A DNA stretch of 54,426 nucleotides from the NCBI GenBank assembly GCA_041662565.1, contig JBAZSE010000004.1, positions 73,398 through 127,823 of the forward strand. The letters run 5' to 3'. This document shows positions 41,750 through 51,675 of the stretch, piece by piece. This DNA is from Patescibacteria group bacterium (lineage in GTDB: Bacteria > Patescibacteriota > Patescibacteriia > UBA1558 > UBA10009). The notes beneath the pieces were generated by a model, which had not been told where the DNA came from, searched no databases, and worked only from the letters and a program-made list of their open reading frames with translations. Numbering within the stretch: position 1 is the first letter of the stretch; every line of letters begins with the position of its first letter. The position numbers and the translations under genes were made by a program.

Positions 41750-42154
41750 TTACTTAAGAGTAACTTTGGCGCCAGCGGCTTCCAATTTCTTTTTCATTTC
41801 TTCGGCTTCTTCTTTCTTTAAGCCCTCTTTAACCATAACAGGCGCGCCTTCGGTCATATCCTTGGCTTCTTTTAAGCCCATCTGGGTTACTTCTCTGATC
41901 GCCTTAATAACGTTGATTTTGCTTTCGCCGGCAGAGGTTAACTCTACGTTAAAGCTGGTTTTTTCTTCAACAGCTTCGCCTGCGGCAACAGGAGCAGCGC
42001 TCATGGCCATCATAGGAGCGGCAGCGGAAACACCGAACTTGTCTTCTAAGACCTTTACTAATTCTGAAAGGTCCAGAACGGACATTTTTTCAATCTCGGA
42101 AACAATCGATTTGAATTTTTCCGGGACAACGACTTCTTTTTTTTCTTCGGACAT
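41750..42154 (-). CDS. rplL: 50S ribosomal protein bL12 (L7/L12)
   Basis: [19 protein letters not shown] ... [51 protein letters not shown]. Confidence 0.95.
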   Translation of the reverse strand: MSEEKKEVVVPEKFKSIVSEIEKMSVLDLSELVKVLEDKFGVSAAAPMMAMSAAPVAAGEAVEEKTSFNVELTSAGESKINVIKAIREVTQMGLKEAKDMTEGAPVMVKEGLKKEEAEEMKKKLEAAGAKVTLK

Positions 42155-42208
42155 AATGTTATTTGTCGAGCTTAGCTCGATTTAATTATTCTAATTAATT
42201 TATTAATT

Positions 42209-42736
42209 TTATTGGTTCTTATTTTCTTTAACGGCATTTAAAACATTAACCAAGCCCCTTAAATTGCCGGCTAAAACATTTACAAAACTGGATAATGGCG
42301 CTTGAATGGTGCGGACAGTTAAAGCAATTAATTCCAGCTTGCCGGGCAAAAGCGCCAATTCTTTAACTTTAGCGGCATTGATGAATTTGCCTTCCAATAA
42401 ACCGCCCTGGATTTTTAAATAATCCCTGCCTTTGGCAAATTTAGATAAAATTCTGGCCGGAGCCACTTCTTCTTCTTGGCCAAAAGCTACGCCAATGCTG
42501 CCCACAAATTCGTCCACATTAACATCATTAAAGCCGGTTTGGCCTAAAACTTTTTTAAGCAAAGTTTTTTTGCTGGCAATGTAAGAAGAACCTTCCTGCC
42601 TTAAAATATTCCTTAATTCGTGGCTATCTTTGACATTCAAGCCGTCATAACTGACAAAAACGGCTGATTTGGCTGCTTTAAAGTGCTCTTCCAAATTTTT
42701 AACTTCTTGATCTTTTTGTAATTTTGATTTTGGCAT
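42209..42736 (-). CDS. rplJ: 50S ribosomal protein uL10
   Basis: 175 aa directly upstream of rplL. VFVSYDGLNVKDSHELRNILRQEG, typical L10. Confidence 0.9.
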   Translation of the reverse strand: MPKSKLQKDQEVKNLEEHFKAAKSAVFVSYDGLNVKDSHELRNILRQEGSSYIASKKTLLKKVLGQTGFNDVNVDEFVGSIGVAFGQEEEVAPARILSKFAKGRDYLKIQGGLLEGKFINAAKVKELALLPGKLELIALTVRTIQAPLSSFVNVLAGNLRGLVNVLNAVKENKNQ

Positions 42737-42974
42737 ATGTTATGATTATATAATTAAAAAATCTGTGTATTCCACAGACATTTTTAGCTAATATTAGCTA
42801 AAATCCAGATATTTTACCAAAATTATGGCATTCTACCTGCGCAGGAAATTAAATTAAGTTTTATCAAGCTAAGCTTGAATTTGCTTAATACCTGCGGTCT
42901 ATGGCAATATTGATAACCGAATTATAGCAAAATAAAATAATTAGTCAAGCCCTTAGATTGGTCACATGGGCTGT

Positions 42975-44750
42975 TTACCAACTACCTCCCCCGCCACCAC
43001 CAAAACCTCCGCCCGAACTGCCGCCCGAAAAACCGCTCCCACCGCCAGCCGCACTACCAGGTGCGGCAATTATCATGGATCGCGAATAGCTATCAAAACT
43101 GTTTAAGGAATTGATTAAAATCAAAGAGTTAAAAGAAGCCAGATTGCCATCATACCAAGAGGGCTGCTCTACGTAAATTTTGGCAAACTGCTTGGCCCAT
43201 TTTTTTTCTAGCCCCAAAACCATGGCATACGGCAAATGGCGTTCAAAAACTTCGGGTGTTTTTTGCGGAGCATTGCTAAAATTTAAACGGGATTTTTCGG
43301 CTACTCCCAAATATAATTCATAACCCTTAATTTGATCGACCATTAAGTGCCCTTGAACTGTTTTATGAGGCATAATTTGCCCGATGGCTGCGATAATAAT
43401 AGCCGAAACTGCTAAAGCAGCTATATTAATAAATCCTCCGCTAATAATTTGAGAACAAATCAAACCTACCAAGAACAACGCCACCGCCGTAGAAAAATAA
43501 ACCACTCTAACACGCCCGGGTGAATCCGGAAAAAAATTCTTGGCCACAAGTGAGGCGTAAATTTCTTTTTTTAATTTTGGCAAATATTGATAGAAAACAT
43601 TTTTTAAATCCGAAAGCTTAACGGATGTTTTGTTGTTTTTAAAAACCTCATCGGCAAATTCTTTTTCCCAAGGCACTAGATCGCCAAAATTTTTGGTCTT
43701 TAAAAGTTCCCAATCCTTGTTCGGCAAATTTTTTATTTTGATATAACCTCTTACGGCCAAATGAATAAATGTTGAAGAAATATCCTTTAAATTAACTCTT
43801 TCATCGATTAATGATCCCACTTCCACCGGCAGCAAATTTGCCGGAGCTTCATAAACTGGAATGATTGATCTTTTGGCGCCCAGATCCCGGCCATGAAAAT
43901 ACCATAATACCAGCATCACCACTAAAACCACGATTGGCAAAGGCAAAAAGGGATTATCCCTAACAAGCCAAACCATTTGCTGCCACATGCTGGGCGGAGT
44001 TAATATTCCCTTGGGCCAGCCCAAAACAACTGTTAAACCCTCGCCTGGGAGCAAAGTGCCAAAAGAACTGTAGCCCACTTGAGAATTGGTAATATTGGTA
44101 ACTTGGCAATTTTTTTCTTGACTGCCAACTAAACCGGTAAAACACTCGGCATTTAAACTGGCGGCCAAAACTCCTGAAGGCAATTTAATAAGAACACCGG
44201 ATCTATCTATGGCAACAGGCCATCTATTGCCGGTTACGTTCCAATATAATTCATCGTGATCGGCAAAAAAATTAATTATCCGATTTAAACTATAGCTTAT
44301 TTTATAAGTTTGCCGGCCGGAAATTAAAACATCAGGATTGCCAATCTTTATTTTAACTTGCCCTGATTCGGTTACAACTTGATAATCAACAGCTTTGCCT
44401 TCCTCATCGGTTACGTCGGATACTTTTAAGCTAACGGTAAAATTCCCGCCGGATACCTTATAACTGTAAGGGATTTCGCGGTAAATGCCATGCCTTTCTA
44501 AATCGCCAAAATTGTAAACTATGGTTTCGGTAACTTCCACGGAATTATCCTGGTTTATTTTAAGTTCCGCTTGAAAATCATCAATATATCCCTGATCTGC
44601 TTCCTCTTGGGCCAAAGCGTGATTGATAAAAAGATGGGAAATCACCTGCCGCGGGTATTGGTATTGCTTGATAAAATAAAATACCGCCAAGAGCGATATT
44701 AAAAAAACAACTATACTGATGATTAAAAAACGTTTTTGATGATGCCTCAT
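42975..44750 (-). CDS. DUF2207-like membrane protein with a Gly-rich C-terminal tail
   Basis: N-terminal TM, extracytoplasmic domain, internal TM cluster, tail GGGSGFSGGSSGGGFGGGGGGSW. The track start at 44771 is a TTG; ATG at 44750. Confidence 0.65.
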   Translation of the reverse strand: MRHHQKRFLIISIVVFLISLLAVFYFIKQYQYPRQVISHLFINHALAQEEADQGYIDDFQAELKINQDNSVEVTETIVYNFGDLERHGIYREIPYSYKVSGGNFTVSLKVSDVTDEEGKAVDYQVVTESGQVKIKIGNPDVLISGRQTYKISYSLNRIINFFADHDELYWNVTGNRWPVAIDRSGVLIKLPSGVLAASLNAECFTGLVGSQEKNCQVTNITNSQVGYSSFGTLLPGEGLTVVLGWPKGILTPPSMWQQMVWLVRDNPFLPLPIVVLVVMLVLWYFHGRDLGAKRSIIPVYEAPANLLPVEVGSLIDERVNLKDISSTFIHLAVRGYIKIKNLPNKDWELLKTKNFGDLVPWEKEFADEVFKNNKTSVKLSDLKNVFYQYLPKLKKEIYASLVAKNFFPDSPGRVRVVYFSTAVALFLVGLICSQIISGGFINIAALAVSAIIIAAIGQIMPHKTVQGHLMVDQIKGYELYLGVAEKSRLNFSNAPQKTPEVFERHLPYAMVLGLEKKWAKQFAKIYVEQPSWYDGNLASFNSLILINSLNSFDSYSRSMIIAAPGSAAGGGSGFSGGSSGGGFGGGGGGSW

Positions 44751-44801
44751 ACAGGTTGGATTTATTTGCAAATCTTAAACCTATTATAACACATTATCCG
44801 C

Positions 44802-45812
44802 TTAATCTAAATACTTCCGCTTATTAGCTACATGCTCATCGTGGGTTTTGGAATAAATCACCTCTCCGGTTGGCGTTGTTAAAAAATAATAATAAGGGTT
44901 GGCAGTTGGGTAAATGGCTGCCTTAATCGCCTGCAAACCCGGGTTGGCAATTGGCCCTGGCGGCAAACCGCGGTATTTATAAGTATTATACAAACTGTCG
45001 GTTTTAATATCTTGGGATGAAGGCCGGGTAACACCCTTGCCGGTAATATAATTAAGAGTGGCATCCGACTGTAAAGCAATGCCAACTTCAAGGCGCTTAT
45101 AAAAAATATCAGCTACTTTTTTCATATCCTCTTCCTGGCTGACTTCTTTTTCAATAATTGAAGCTAAGGTTAATATTTCAAACAGGGTTTTGTGTTGGCG
45201 GGTAATTTCTTGGCGCAATTCCAAAGTGATTTTTTTATCAAAATTAGCCAGCATTTTATCGGCGATTTCTAAGGCGCTGGAATTTTTAAAAACCCGATAA
45301 GTATCTGGGAAAAGATAGCCCTCCAAATCAACCGTGGCGGGCTTATCGGCCAAAAAATCGTACCTGGCGGTAAAGGAGCCTAAATTGCGGCCAACCAAAT
45401 TAAGCCAAGCATCCTGCGTTCCCAAACCCTGATCTTGCAAATATTTGCCAATTTCTTTATTGCTCCAGCCCTCGGGAATGGTAATGCTTTTTTCGGATTC
45501 ACCGGAAGTGGTTAATTTTTTAACCAACTCCTTAATGCTTAAATTTTTCGGCAAAACGTATGAACCCGCAAAAAAATTGCGCTGCAAATCTTTTTGCCAA
45601 ACGTAAACTTCAAACCAAAAACTGTTTTTTATCAAACCCTGCTTAAATAAATTAGCACTAATTTGATTAACGCCTTCACCTTGGGTTATTTCAAAAATTT
45701 GCTCTTGTGAATTTCCGGGCAAGGGCGAATTAATTTGGTAAGTATAATAAACCCAACCGCTAATTAAAGCGATGACTGTTAAAGCAAATAAATATTTTAT
45801 TATTTTAAACAT
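44802..45812 (-). CDS. mltG: endolytic murein transglycosylase MltG (YceG family)
   Basis: TIPEGWSNKEIGKYL, LEGYLFPDTY, LASIIEKE, YNTYKYRGLPPGPIANPG. Confidence 0.9.
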   Translation of the reverse strand: MFKIIKYLFALTVIALISGWVYYTYQINSPLPGNSQEQIFEITQGEGVNQISANLFKQGLIKNSFWFEVYVWQKDLQRNFFAGSYVLPKNLSIKELVKKLTTSGESEKSITIPEGWSNKEIGKYLQDQGLGTQDAWLNLVGRNLGSFTARYDFLADKPATVDLEGYLFPDTYRVFKNSSALEIADKMLANFDKKITLELRQEITRQHKTLFEILTLASIIEKEVSQEEDMKKVADIFYKRLEVGIALQSDATLNYITGKGVTRPSSQDIKTDSLYNTYKYRGLPPGPIANPGLQAIKAAIYPTANPYYYFLTTPTGEVIYSKTHDEHVANKRKYLD

Positions 45813-45821
45813 TCTTTATTT

Positions 45822-46883
45822 TTATAAATATTTCTCCATCTTCTTTTTCTCCAGTTCCTCCACGATTTTTTTAACATCTTGGGCGCGGCTTTTAGGGCAA
45901 ACCAACAAGGCATCATTTGTTGCCACGATAATCATATCTTGCAAACCAATCCCGGTAATCAGCTTATTTGAAAAATTATAAACCAGGTTGTTGCCGGATT
46001 GCAAAATAATATTATTTCCCATCAGCACATTATCCAAAGATTTTTTAGCTAGCGTGTCCTTGATGGTCCGCCAATGGCCAACATCAACCCAATCAAAGCT
46101 TGCCGGCAAACACAGCATCTTGGTGGCACGCTCCATAATACCGTAATCGATGCTGATTTTTTTCATTTGCCCAAAATACTTTTTAATTTGAGTTGGCTGA
46201 TTTTTTATTTTTTCAATCAACCGGTAATGGCTTGGCAAATATTTGTTAAAAAGTTCCAACATCGTACTGGCTTTAAAAACAAAATATCCGGGATTCCATA
46301 AATAGGTGCCGTTGCTTAAATATTTTTTGGCTGTTTTTAAATCCGGCTTTTCTTTAAAACTATCAACCAAATAAATTTTATCTTTATCCAATGAATCAAA
46401 AATTTTGTTCAACTTAATATAGCCGTAGCCGGTTTCCGGATAAGTCGGCTTTAAGCCGATTAAAACCAAGTGATCAGGATATTTATCAACGGTTTTTTCG
46501 GCTTGTTTTAAAACTCTTAAATACTCGGCACTATTTTTTAAATGATGATCCGCCCAAACCGTAGCCACGGTTGCGCCAGGATTTTTTTGCGCAATTAGCA
46601 TCACGGCAAAACCAATGGCTGCGGCCGTATCTCTTTTTTCCGGTTCAACCAAATAATGATCTTTTAAAATTAAATCGCCCAAATCTTTTTTAATAAGTTT
46701 AAGCTGGGATTGATTGGTTGACAAAAACAGGTCTTCTTTTTTAAAACCAGAGAGCATCCTTTTAACCGTTGACTTTAAAAGAGTTTGGTTGCCTAAAAAA
46801 TGCTGAACTTGTTTTGGGTCTTTTTTTCTGGAAACCGGCCACAATCTTGTGCCGGTCCCGCCTGCTAAAATTAATATTTTCAT
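45822..46883 (-). CDS. mannose-1-phosphate guanylyltransferase-like sugar nucleotidyltransferase
   Basis: MKILILAGGTGTRLWPVSRKKDPKQ. 353 aa, no isomerase domain. Confidence 0.8.
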   Translation of the reverse strand: MKILILAGGTGTRLWPVSRKKDPKQVQHFLGNQTLLKSTVKRMLSGFKKEDLFLSTNQSQLKLIKKDLGDLILKDHYLVEPEKRDTAAAIGFAVMLIAQKNPGATVATVWADHHLKNSAEYLRVLKQAEKTVDKYPDHLVLIGLKPTYPETGYGYIKLNKIFDSLDKDKIYLVDSFKEKPDLKTAKKYLSNGTYLWNPGYFVFKASTMLELFNKYLPSHYRLIEKIKNQPTQIKKYFGQMKKISIDYGIMERATKMLCLPASFDWVDVGHWRTIKDTLAKKSLDNVLMGNNIILQSGNNLVYNFSNKLITGIGLQDMIIVATNDALLVCPKSRAQDVKKIVEELEKKKMEKYL

Positions 46884-47008
46884 AAAATAAATTAGCGCTT
46901 ATAAGCACCATTATATAGTAGCAAAAGAAAACCTATTAATCAATGTCAAAAAAAAATATTAAACAAAAACATTAACCCCTTCTTAAATTACGATTTACAA
47001 AAACGTCA

Positions 47009-47037
47009 TTGACAAACTGCTTAATCTGTGATATAAT
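47009..47037 (+). promoter_or_regulatory. consensus sigma-70 promoter TTGACA-N17-TATAAT
   Basis: ttgaca-aactgcttaatctgtga-tataat, 74 nt upstream of the CAP-domain gene. Confidence 0.7.
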
Positions 47038-47110
47038 GACTTTGTAAGGGTGAAGAACAACCCTTTTTTATATTGCTCAAAAAATATTTTAACCCCATAA
47101 ACAGAACAAA

Positions 47111-47749
47111 ATGCTTAATTTGAATCATCCCAGCTTTGCGGTCGAAGAACAAAACCATATGGCTTTTGCCAATAAAGCAAAATTGCCATTGCTGTTTTTT
47201 GGCGTGGCTTTAGGATTGTTATTGATGTTTTTATTTATTCCCCTTTCTCATAGCCAGGATAATGTTGATTTGGATATTAAGGAACTTATTTTACTGACCA
47301 ATAAGCAAAGAGTGCTGCAAGGCCTGCCGGAATTATCAATTAACATTTCCTTAAACAAAGCGGCTAAGCAAAAAGCCGGCAATATTTTTAAATGGCAAAA
47401 ATTTTCCCATGATCTGCCAAACGAAAAATTTTCCGCGCCAGTAAAAGCCGTTGGTTATGAATATTCAATTACCGGAGAAAACTTAGCCGAGGGTTTTGCC
47501 AATTCCGAAGCCATCATCAAGGCCTGGATGGCAAGTGCGGGGCACAGAAATAATATTTTAAATCCCAAATATAAAGAAATCGGCATGGCCATTAAACGAG
47601 ATAAATTAGATGGAAAAACCACCTACGTGGTGGTGCAATATTTTGGGGCGCAAGCAACTCTCCCGCTGGTGCTTTCAGAAAATTTTTTTCCTTACCAATT
47701 AATTGTGCCGGGTAAAATCGAACGATCGGTAGTTATTGTTTTAACCTAA
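47111..47749 (+). CDS. secreted CAP/SCP (YkwD-like) domain protein
   Basis: TM/signal LPLLFFGVALGLLLMFLFI. GENLAEGFANSEAIIKAWMASAGHRNNILNPKYKEIGMAI. Confidence 0.75.
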   Translation: MLNLNHPSFAVEEQNHMAFANKAKLPLLFFGVALGLLLMFLFIPLSHSQDNVDLDIKELILLTNKQRVLQGLPELSINISLNKAAKQKAGNIFKWQKFSHDLPNEKFSAPVKAVGYEYSITGENLAEGFANSEAIIKAWMASAGHRNNILNPKYKEIGMAIKRDKLDGKTTYVVVQYFGAQATLPLVLSENFFPYQLIVPGKIERSVVIVLT

Positions 47750-48555
47750 TACAAAAATACCAGTAAGGCACCGGCTAAAATAAACCGGTAGATGGCAAAA
47801 ACGGTTAAAGAATTACTGGCCAAAAAGCGAATAAAATATTTGATCACCACAAAACCCAAAAGAGAAGAAACAACCAAGCCCAAAAGTGAAACAAAAATAA
47901 AGTTCGAGTTTAAATCACTCCAAGAAATTTGGGTGATTTTTTGTAAAGTGGCGCCAAACACAATCGGCAATGATAATAAAAAAGAAAAATCAGCTGCTTC
48001 TTTTCTTTTAAACCCCAAACCTAAACCGGCTACAATGGTAATACCGGATCTGGAGATACCGGGAACAAAAGCCAAAATTTGGGCCGTGCCGATAACCAAA
48101 GCATCAAAAAAATTCATCGTATCCATGTGCCTGTTTTGTTTGCTTGTTTTTTCATAAACGATAAAAAGCAAACTGCCGATAGTTAAAGTTATGGCAATCC
48201 AGCCGATTGATCTAAAAGTCGCTTCAATCAAATCACCATAAAAAAAGCCAACTAAAGCCGCGGGGATTGCGCCGATAATCAACAGCCAGGGCAATTGCTC
48301 ATTAAAGTTATGAGTGATTTTAAAAGAAAAAATTGTTTTAAAAAAATTGCCGATCAACTGGCCAACGGTTCTTCTAAAATAAAACAAGGTCGCGATCAAG
48401 GTTCCGGCGTGCAAAATAACGTCAAAGGTCAAACTGTCCAATAAGTCCGATTTGATTAAGCGATGCAAAATAACCAAATGACCGGAACTGGAGATTGGCA
48501 AAAATTCGGTTAAGGCCTGGGTGGCCCCCAAAATGATTGAATAAAGATAATCCAT
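47746..48555 (-). CDS. uppP: undecaprenyl-diphosphate phosphatase
   Basis: ALTEFLPISSSGHL ... GISRSGITI; 8 TM. Converges with the CAP gene, overlapping by 4 nt. Confidence 0.9.
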   Translation of the reverse strand: MDYLYSIILGATQALTEFLPISSSGHLVILHRLIKSDLLDSLTFDVILHAGTLIATLFYFRRTVGQLIGNFFKTIFSFKITHNFNEQLPWLLIIGAIPAALVGFFYGDLIEATFRSIGWIAITLTIGSLLFIVYEKTSKQNRHMDTMNFFDALVIGTAQILAFVPGISRSGITIVAGLGLGFKRKEAADFSFLLSLPIVFGATLQKITQISWSDLNSNFIFVSLLGLVVSSLLGFVVIKYFIRFLASNSLTVFAIYRFILAGALLVFLY

Positions 48556-48608
48556 AAGGTATAATTATGTTATCAATTATAACTTAATAAAACTTAAGTA
48601 TCAAGCGT

Positions 48609-49028
48609 ATGAAATATTTTTTAATACCTATAGCTATTTCTTTAATCGTCCATGGCATTAAACTGATTTTGGATTTTTCCAAAGGCCGTTTTAGCTGGCA
48701 CAAGAGCATGCACTACGGCGGTATGCCTTCTTCACACGCGGCTTTGGTAACTTCGCTCGCCACCATTATTTATCTTAATCAAGGTCTATCAGCCGCCTTT
48801 GGCATCAGTTTTGTTTTGGCCGTTATTGTCATGCGCGATGCTATTGGTTTTAGGGGCTATCTTTCGGAGCACGGCAGAGTTTTAAATAAACTGATCAAAG
48901 ATTTGCCCGATGAAGAAGAATACAAATACCCTGTTTTGCAAGAAACCATTGCCCACACCTGGGCACAAATTATTGTAGGCGGAGTATTGGGAATCATATT
49001 AACTGGCGCGCTATTTTTGGCAATTTAA
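48609..49028 (+). CDS. divergent PAP2-family membrane protein (DUF212-like)
   Basis: YGGMPSSHAALVTSLA ... RDAIGFR. Confidence 0.7.
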   Translation: MKYFLIPIAISLIVHGIKLILDFSKGRFSWHKSMHYGGMPSSHAALVTSLATIIYLNQGLSAAFGISFVLAVIVMRDAIGFRGYLSEHGRVLNKLIKDLPDEEEYKYPVLQETIAHTWAQIIVGGVLGIILTGALFLAI

Positions 49029-49871
49029 ACAAAATACCGTTCCTCTACCCCCTAATTTAATTTTTTTAAGAATTGCTCGGCAGTTATGGCATTCTTGTCC
49101 GCCACGCTGATAAACTTTTAGTTTAGAAACAAATCTTCCCCTTTCGCCTGAAGCGCTTACAAACGTATTAACCGAAGTACCTCCTAACTTAATTGCCTGG
49201 CGCAATTTTTTTATTATTGATCGGTGTAAAAATTTAATTTCTCCTTCTGTAAGCTGGCCGGCCAGCCGCAAAGGATGTACGCCAACATCAAACAAGCTTT
49301 CATCAGCGTAAATATTGCCAATGCCGGCAATTAAATCTTGCATCAAAAGGAGTTGTTTTATATTAGCTCGCGGACGCTTTTTTAAAATGTCCGTTAATTT
49401 TTTAACGGTAAAATCTTTGGTTAGAGGTTCAACGCCGTACTTGGCAATAATTTTTTGATATTGTTCCTGATCAACAATTTTCATCCAGCCAAACTTTCGG
49501 ATATCATGAAATAACAAGCAACTGCCGCCTTTAAAATTTAAAACGATCCTGGTAAATTTATTCGGTTGCTTAACGTCAAAATTTTTAAAATTTATCGGAT
49601 GACCACCGCCCGAAGCTTTACCTTGCGGATCCAAATAAATCAACTGCCCTGTCATTTTTAAATGGACCAATAAATATTTTTCTTTTGCCAATTTGATTAT
49701 TATCATTTTTCCCCGGCGCAATACTTTGCTTACCCGAGCATTTTTTATTTCTCGGCTAAAATTTTTACTAACCATTTTTGGCGCCAAAACAGAGCAAGTC
49801 AAAAACACCTTGCCGATAATTTTTTTGGCAAGATGATTAACCACTGTTTCAACTTCCGGTAGTTCGGGCAT
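49011..49871 (-). CDS. mutM: formamidopyrimidine-DNA glycosylase
   Basis: MPELPEVETV N-terminus. C-terminal zinc finger CHNCRAILKKIKLGGRGTVFCLNCQ. Confidence 0.9.
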   Translation of the reverse strand: MPELPEVETVVNHLAKKIIGKVFLTCSVLAPKMVSKNFSREIKNARVSKVLRRGKMIIIKLAKEKYLLVHLKMTGQLIYLDPQGKASGGGHPINFKNFDVKQPNKFTRIVLNFKGGSCLLFHDIRKFGWMKIVDQEQYQKIIAKYGVEPLTKDFTVKKLTDILKKRPRANIKQLLLMQDLIAGIGNIYADESLFDVGVHPLRLAGQLTEGEIKFLHRSIIKKLRQAIKLGGTSVNTFVSASGERGRFVSKLKVYQRGGQECHNCRAILKKIKLGGRGTVFCLNCQK

Positions 49872-49887
49872 AATGCAAACATTATTC

Positions 49888-50036
49888 GGCGCTGAAGCAA
49901 ACTTTTTTTCGCCTCACGAAGCCGGTCATTAAAATTGTTCTGTTCACTTATGTTTCGCTCTTCAATTTTATACAACTTGAACTTACAATAGTGCTCTTAG
50001 CAGACGCTCGGCTTTAAAAAAGTTTACTCCAGCGCC
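49888..50036. repeat. ~150-bp element bounded by 21-bp inverted repeats
   Basis: ggcgctgaagcaaactttttt (49888-49908) versus aaaaaagtttactccagcgcc (50016-50036); 19/21 complementary. Confidence 0.65.
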
Positions 50037-50050
50037 TCATTACTGATTTA

Positions 50051-51625
50051 TTAAATAAGAGGTCTACCAGTCATTTCATCAGGCCTTTTTAAACCCATAA
50101 TTTTTAAAATGGTAGGAGCTACATCGGCCAGTACGCCAGCCGGAGTAACTTGGCTTAAATCCTTACCAATGGCGGAAACTGCAATTTTACCGGCAAATTC
50201 CTTGCCAATGATAAATAACGGCACCGGAGAAGCGCTGTGCTCCTTATTTATTTCGCCTGTTTGCAGATTATACAGCTCTTCGGCGTTGCCATGATCGGCG
50301 GTAATCAAACTAACTCCCCCTTTGGCTAAAACTTTGGCCACAATCTGGCCGCATAAATCATCAACAATTTCCACGGCTTTAATCGTGGCGCTTAAATTGC
50401 CGGAATGGGCCACCATATCCGGATTGGCAAAATTCAGCACAATAAAATCATACTTATCTTCATCAATTTCTTTTAACACTCTGGAGGTTATTTCGTAAGC
50501 CGACATGGCCGGTTTTTGATCGTAAGAAGGCACCGATGGAGAAGAAATAATAGCTCGATCCTCGTTGGTAAAAGAAACTTCTTGCCCTCCATTAAAGAAA
50601 AAAGTTACGTGAGCGTATTTTTCGGTTTCGGCAATATGCAGCTGTTTTAAACCCGCTTCGGAAATTACCTTGGCTAAAGGCGAAGCAATCAATTCGGGCG
50701 GAAAAGCAACATCCATGGGCAAATCTTTTTCATATTCGGTCATGGCCACAAAGTTTAGATTTTTCAAATACGTGCGTGGGCTGAATTTTTCCAAACCGGG
50801 CAAAATAAAGGCCTTGGTTAATTGACGAGCACGATCGGCCCTAAAATTGAAAAAAATAACACTGTCGCCTTCTTTAACTTTGGCTATTGGTTGTCCGTTT
50901 TTGGTAATCACCGTTGGCACGAATTCTTCATCAAAAACCTTGGCACTATACGAGGCCTCCAGAGCTTGCAAAGGATCTTCAAAAGTTTGTTCGGATTTTC
51001 CTTCAACTATGGCAGAATAGGTTTTGGCTATCCTATCCCAATGGTTATCTCTATCCATAGCGTAAAATCTTCCTGAAAGAGTGGCAATGGCGCCCAAACC
51101 AATTTGTTTAAGCTTGCCCTGAAGCTGTTCAATATATTTTTTACCGCTATTAAAAGGAGAATCGCGCCCATCTAAAAAAGCATGGATAAACAAATTTTTA
51201 ACTTGATGTTTTTGGGCTGTTTCCACCAAGGCGTAACAATGTTCGTTATAAGAATGAATACCGCCCGGGCTCATTAAACCCATCAGATGCAAATCCCCTC
51301 CTGTTTCATTAACGTGCTGGCAGGCCTTGGCAAAAGCCGGATTGTCAAAAAAACTGCCGTCGGCAATGGCCCGGGAAATTCTAGGCAAACTTTGGTAAAT
51401 AATTTTTCCCGCCCCCAACGAAAGATGGCCGACTTCGGAATTACCCATTTCACCCCAGGCCAAACCAACCGATTCTCCGGCGGCTTGTAAATTTAAAACC
51501 GGATAATTGGCAAGATACGAATCAAAATTCTTTTTTTGCGCCAAAGTAATGGCATTGCCTTTGGATGGGCCGCCAATGCCGTAGCCATCTAAAATAATTA
51601 AAACTACCGGTTTTGGTCTGATCAT
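50051..51625 (-). CDS. gpmI: 2,3-bisphosphoglycerate-independent phosphoglycerate mutase
   Basis: LIILDGYG, GNSEVGHLSLGAG (Ser nucleophile), ETEKYAHVTFFFNGG, TADHGNAE. Confidence 0.9.
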   Translation of the reverse strand: MIRPKPVVLIILDGYGIGGPSKGNAITLAQKKNFDSYLANYPVLNLQAAGESVGLAWGEMGNSEVGHLSLGAGKIIYQSLPRISRAIADGSFFDNPAFAKACQHVNETGGDLHLMGLMSPGGIHSYNEHCYALVETAQKHQVKNLFIHAFLDGRDSPFNSGKKYIEQLQGKLKQIGLGAIATLSGRFYAMDRDNHWDRIAKTYSAIVEGKSEQTFEDPLQALEASYSAKVFDEEFVPTVITKNGQPIAKVKEGDSVIFFNFRADRARQLTKAFILPGLEKFSPRTYLKNLNFVAMTEYEKDLPMDVAFPPELIASPLAKVISEAGLKQLHIAETEKYAHVTFFFNGGQEVSFTNEDRAIISSPSVPSYDQKPAMSAYEITSRVLKEIDEDKYDFIVLNFANPDMVAHSGNLSATIKAVEIVDDLCGQIVAKVLAKGGVSLITADHGNAEELYNLQTGEINKEHSASPVPLFIIGKEFAGKIAVSAIGKDLSQVTPAGVLADVAPTILKIMGLKRPDEMTGRPLI

Positions 51626-51675
51626 GTAATTTAAATATTTGGATATTTGATTTTTTCAAATACCCAAAACAACTA

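Noticed and set aside
41766-42185. 139-aa plus-strand ORF antisense to rplL
   Set aside because: It is a shadow of the Ala/Glu/Lys-rich bL12 gene, whose identity is unambiguous.
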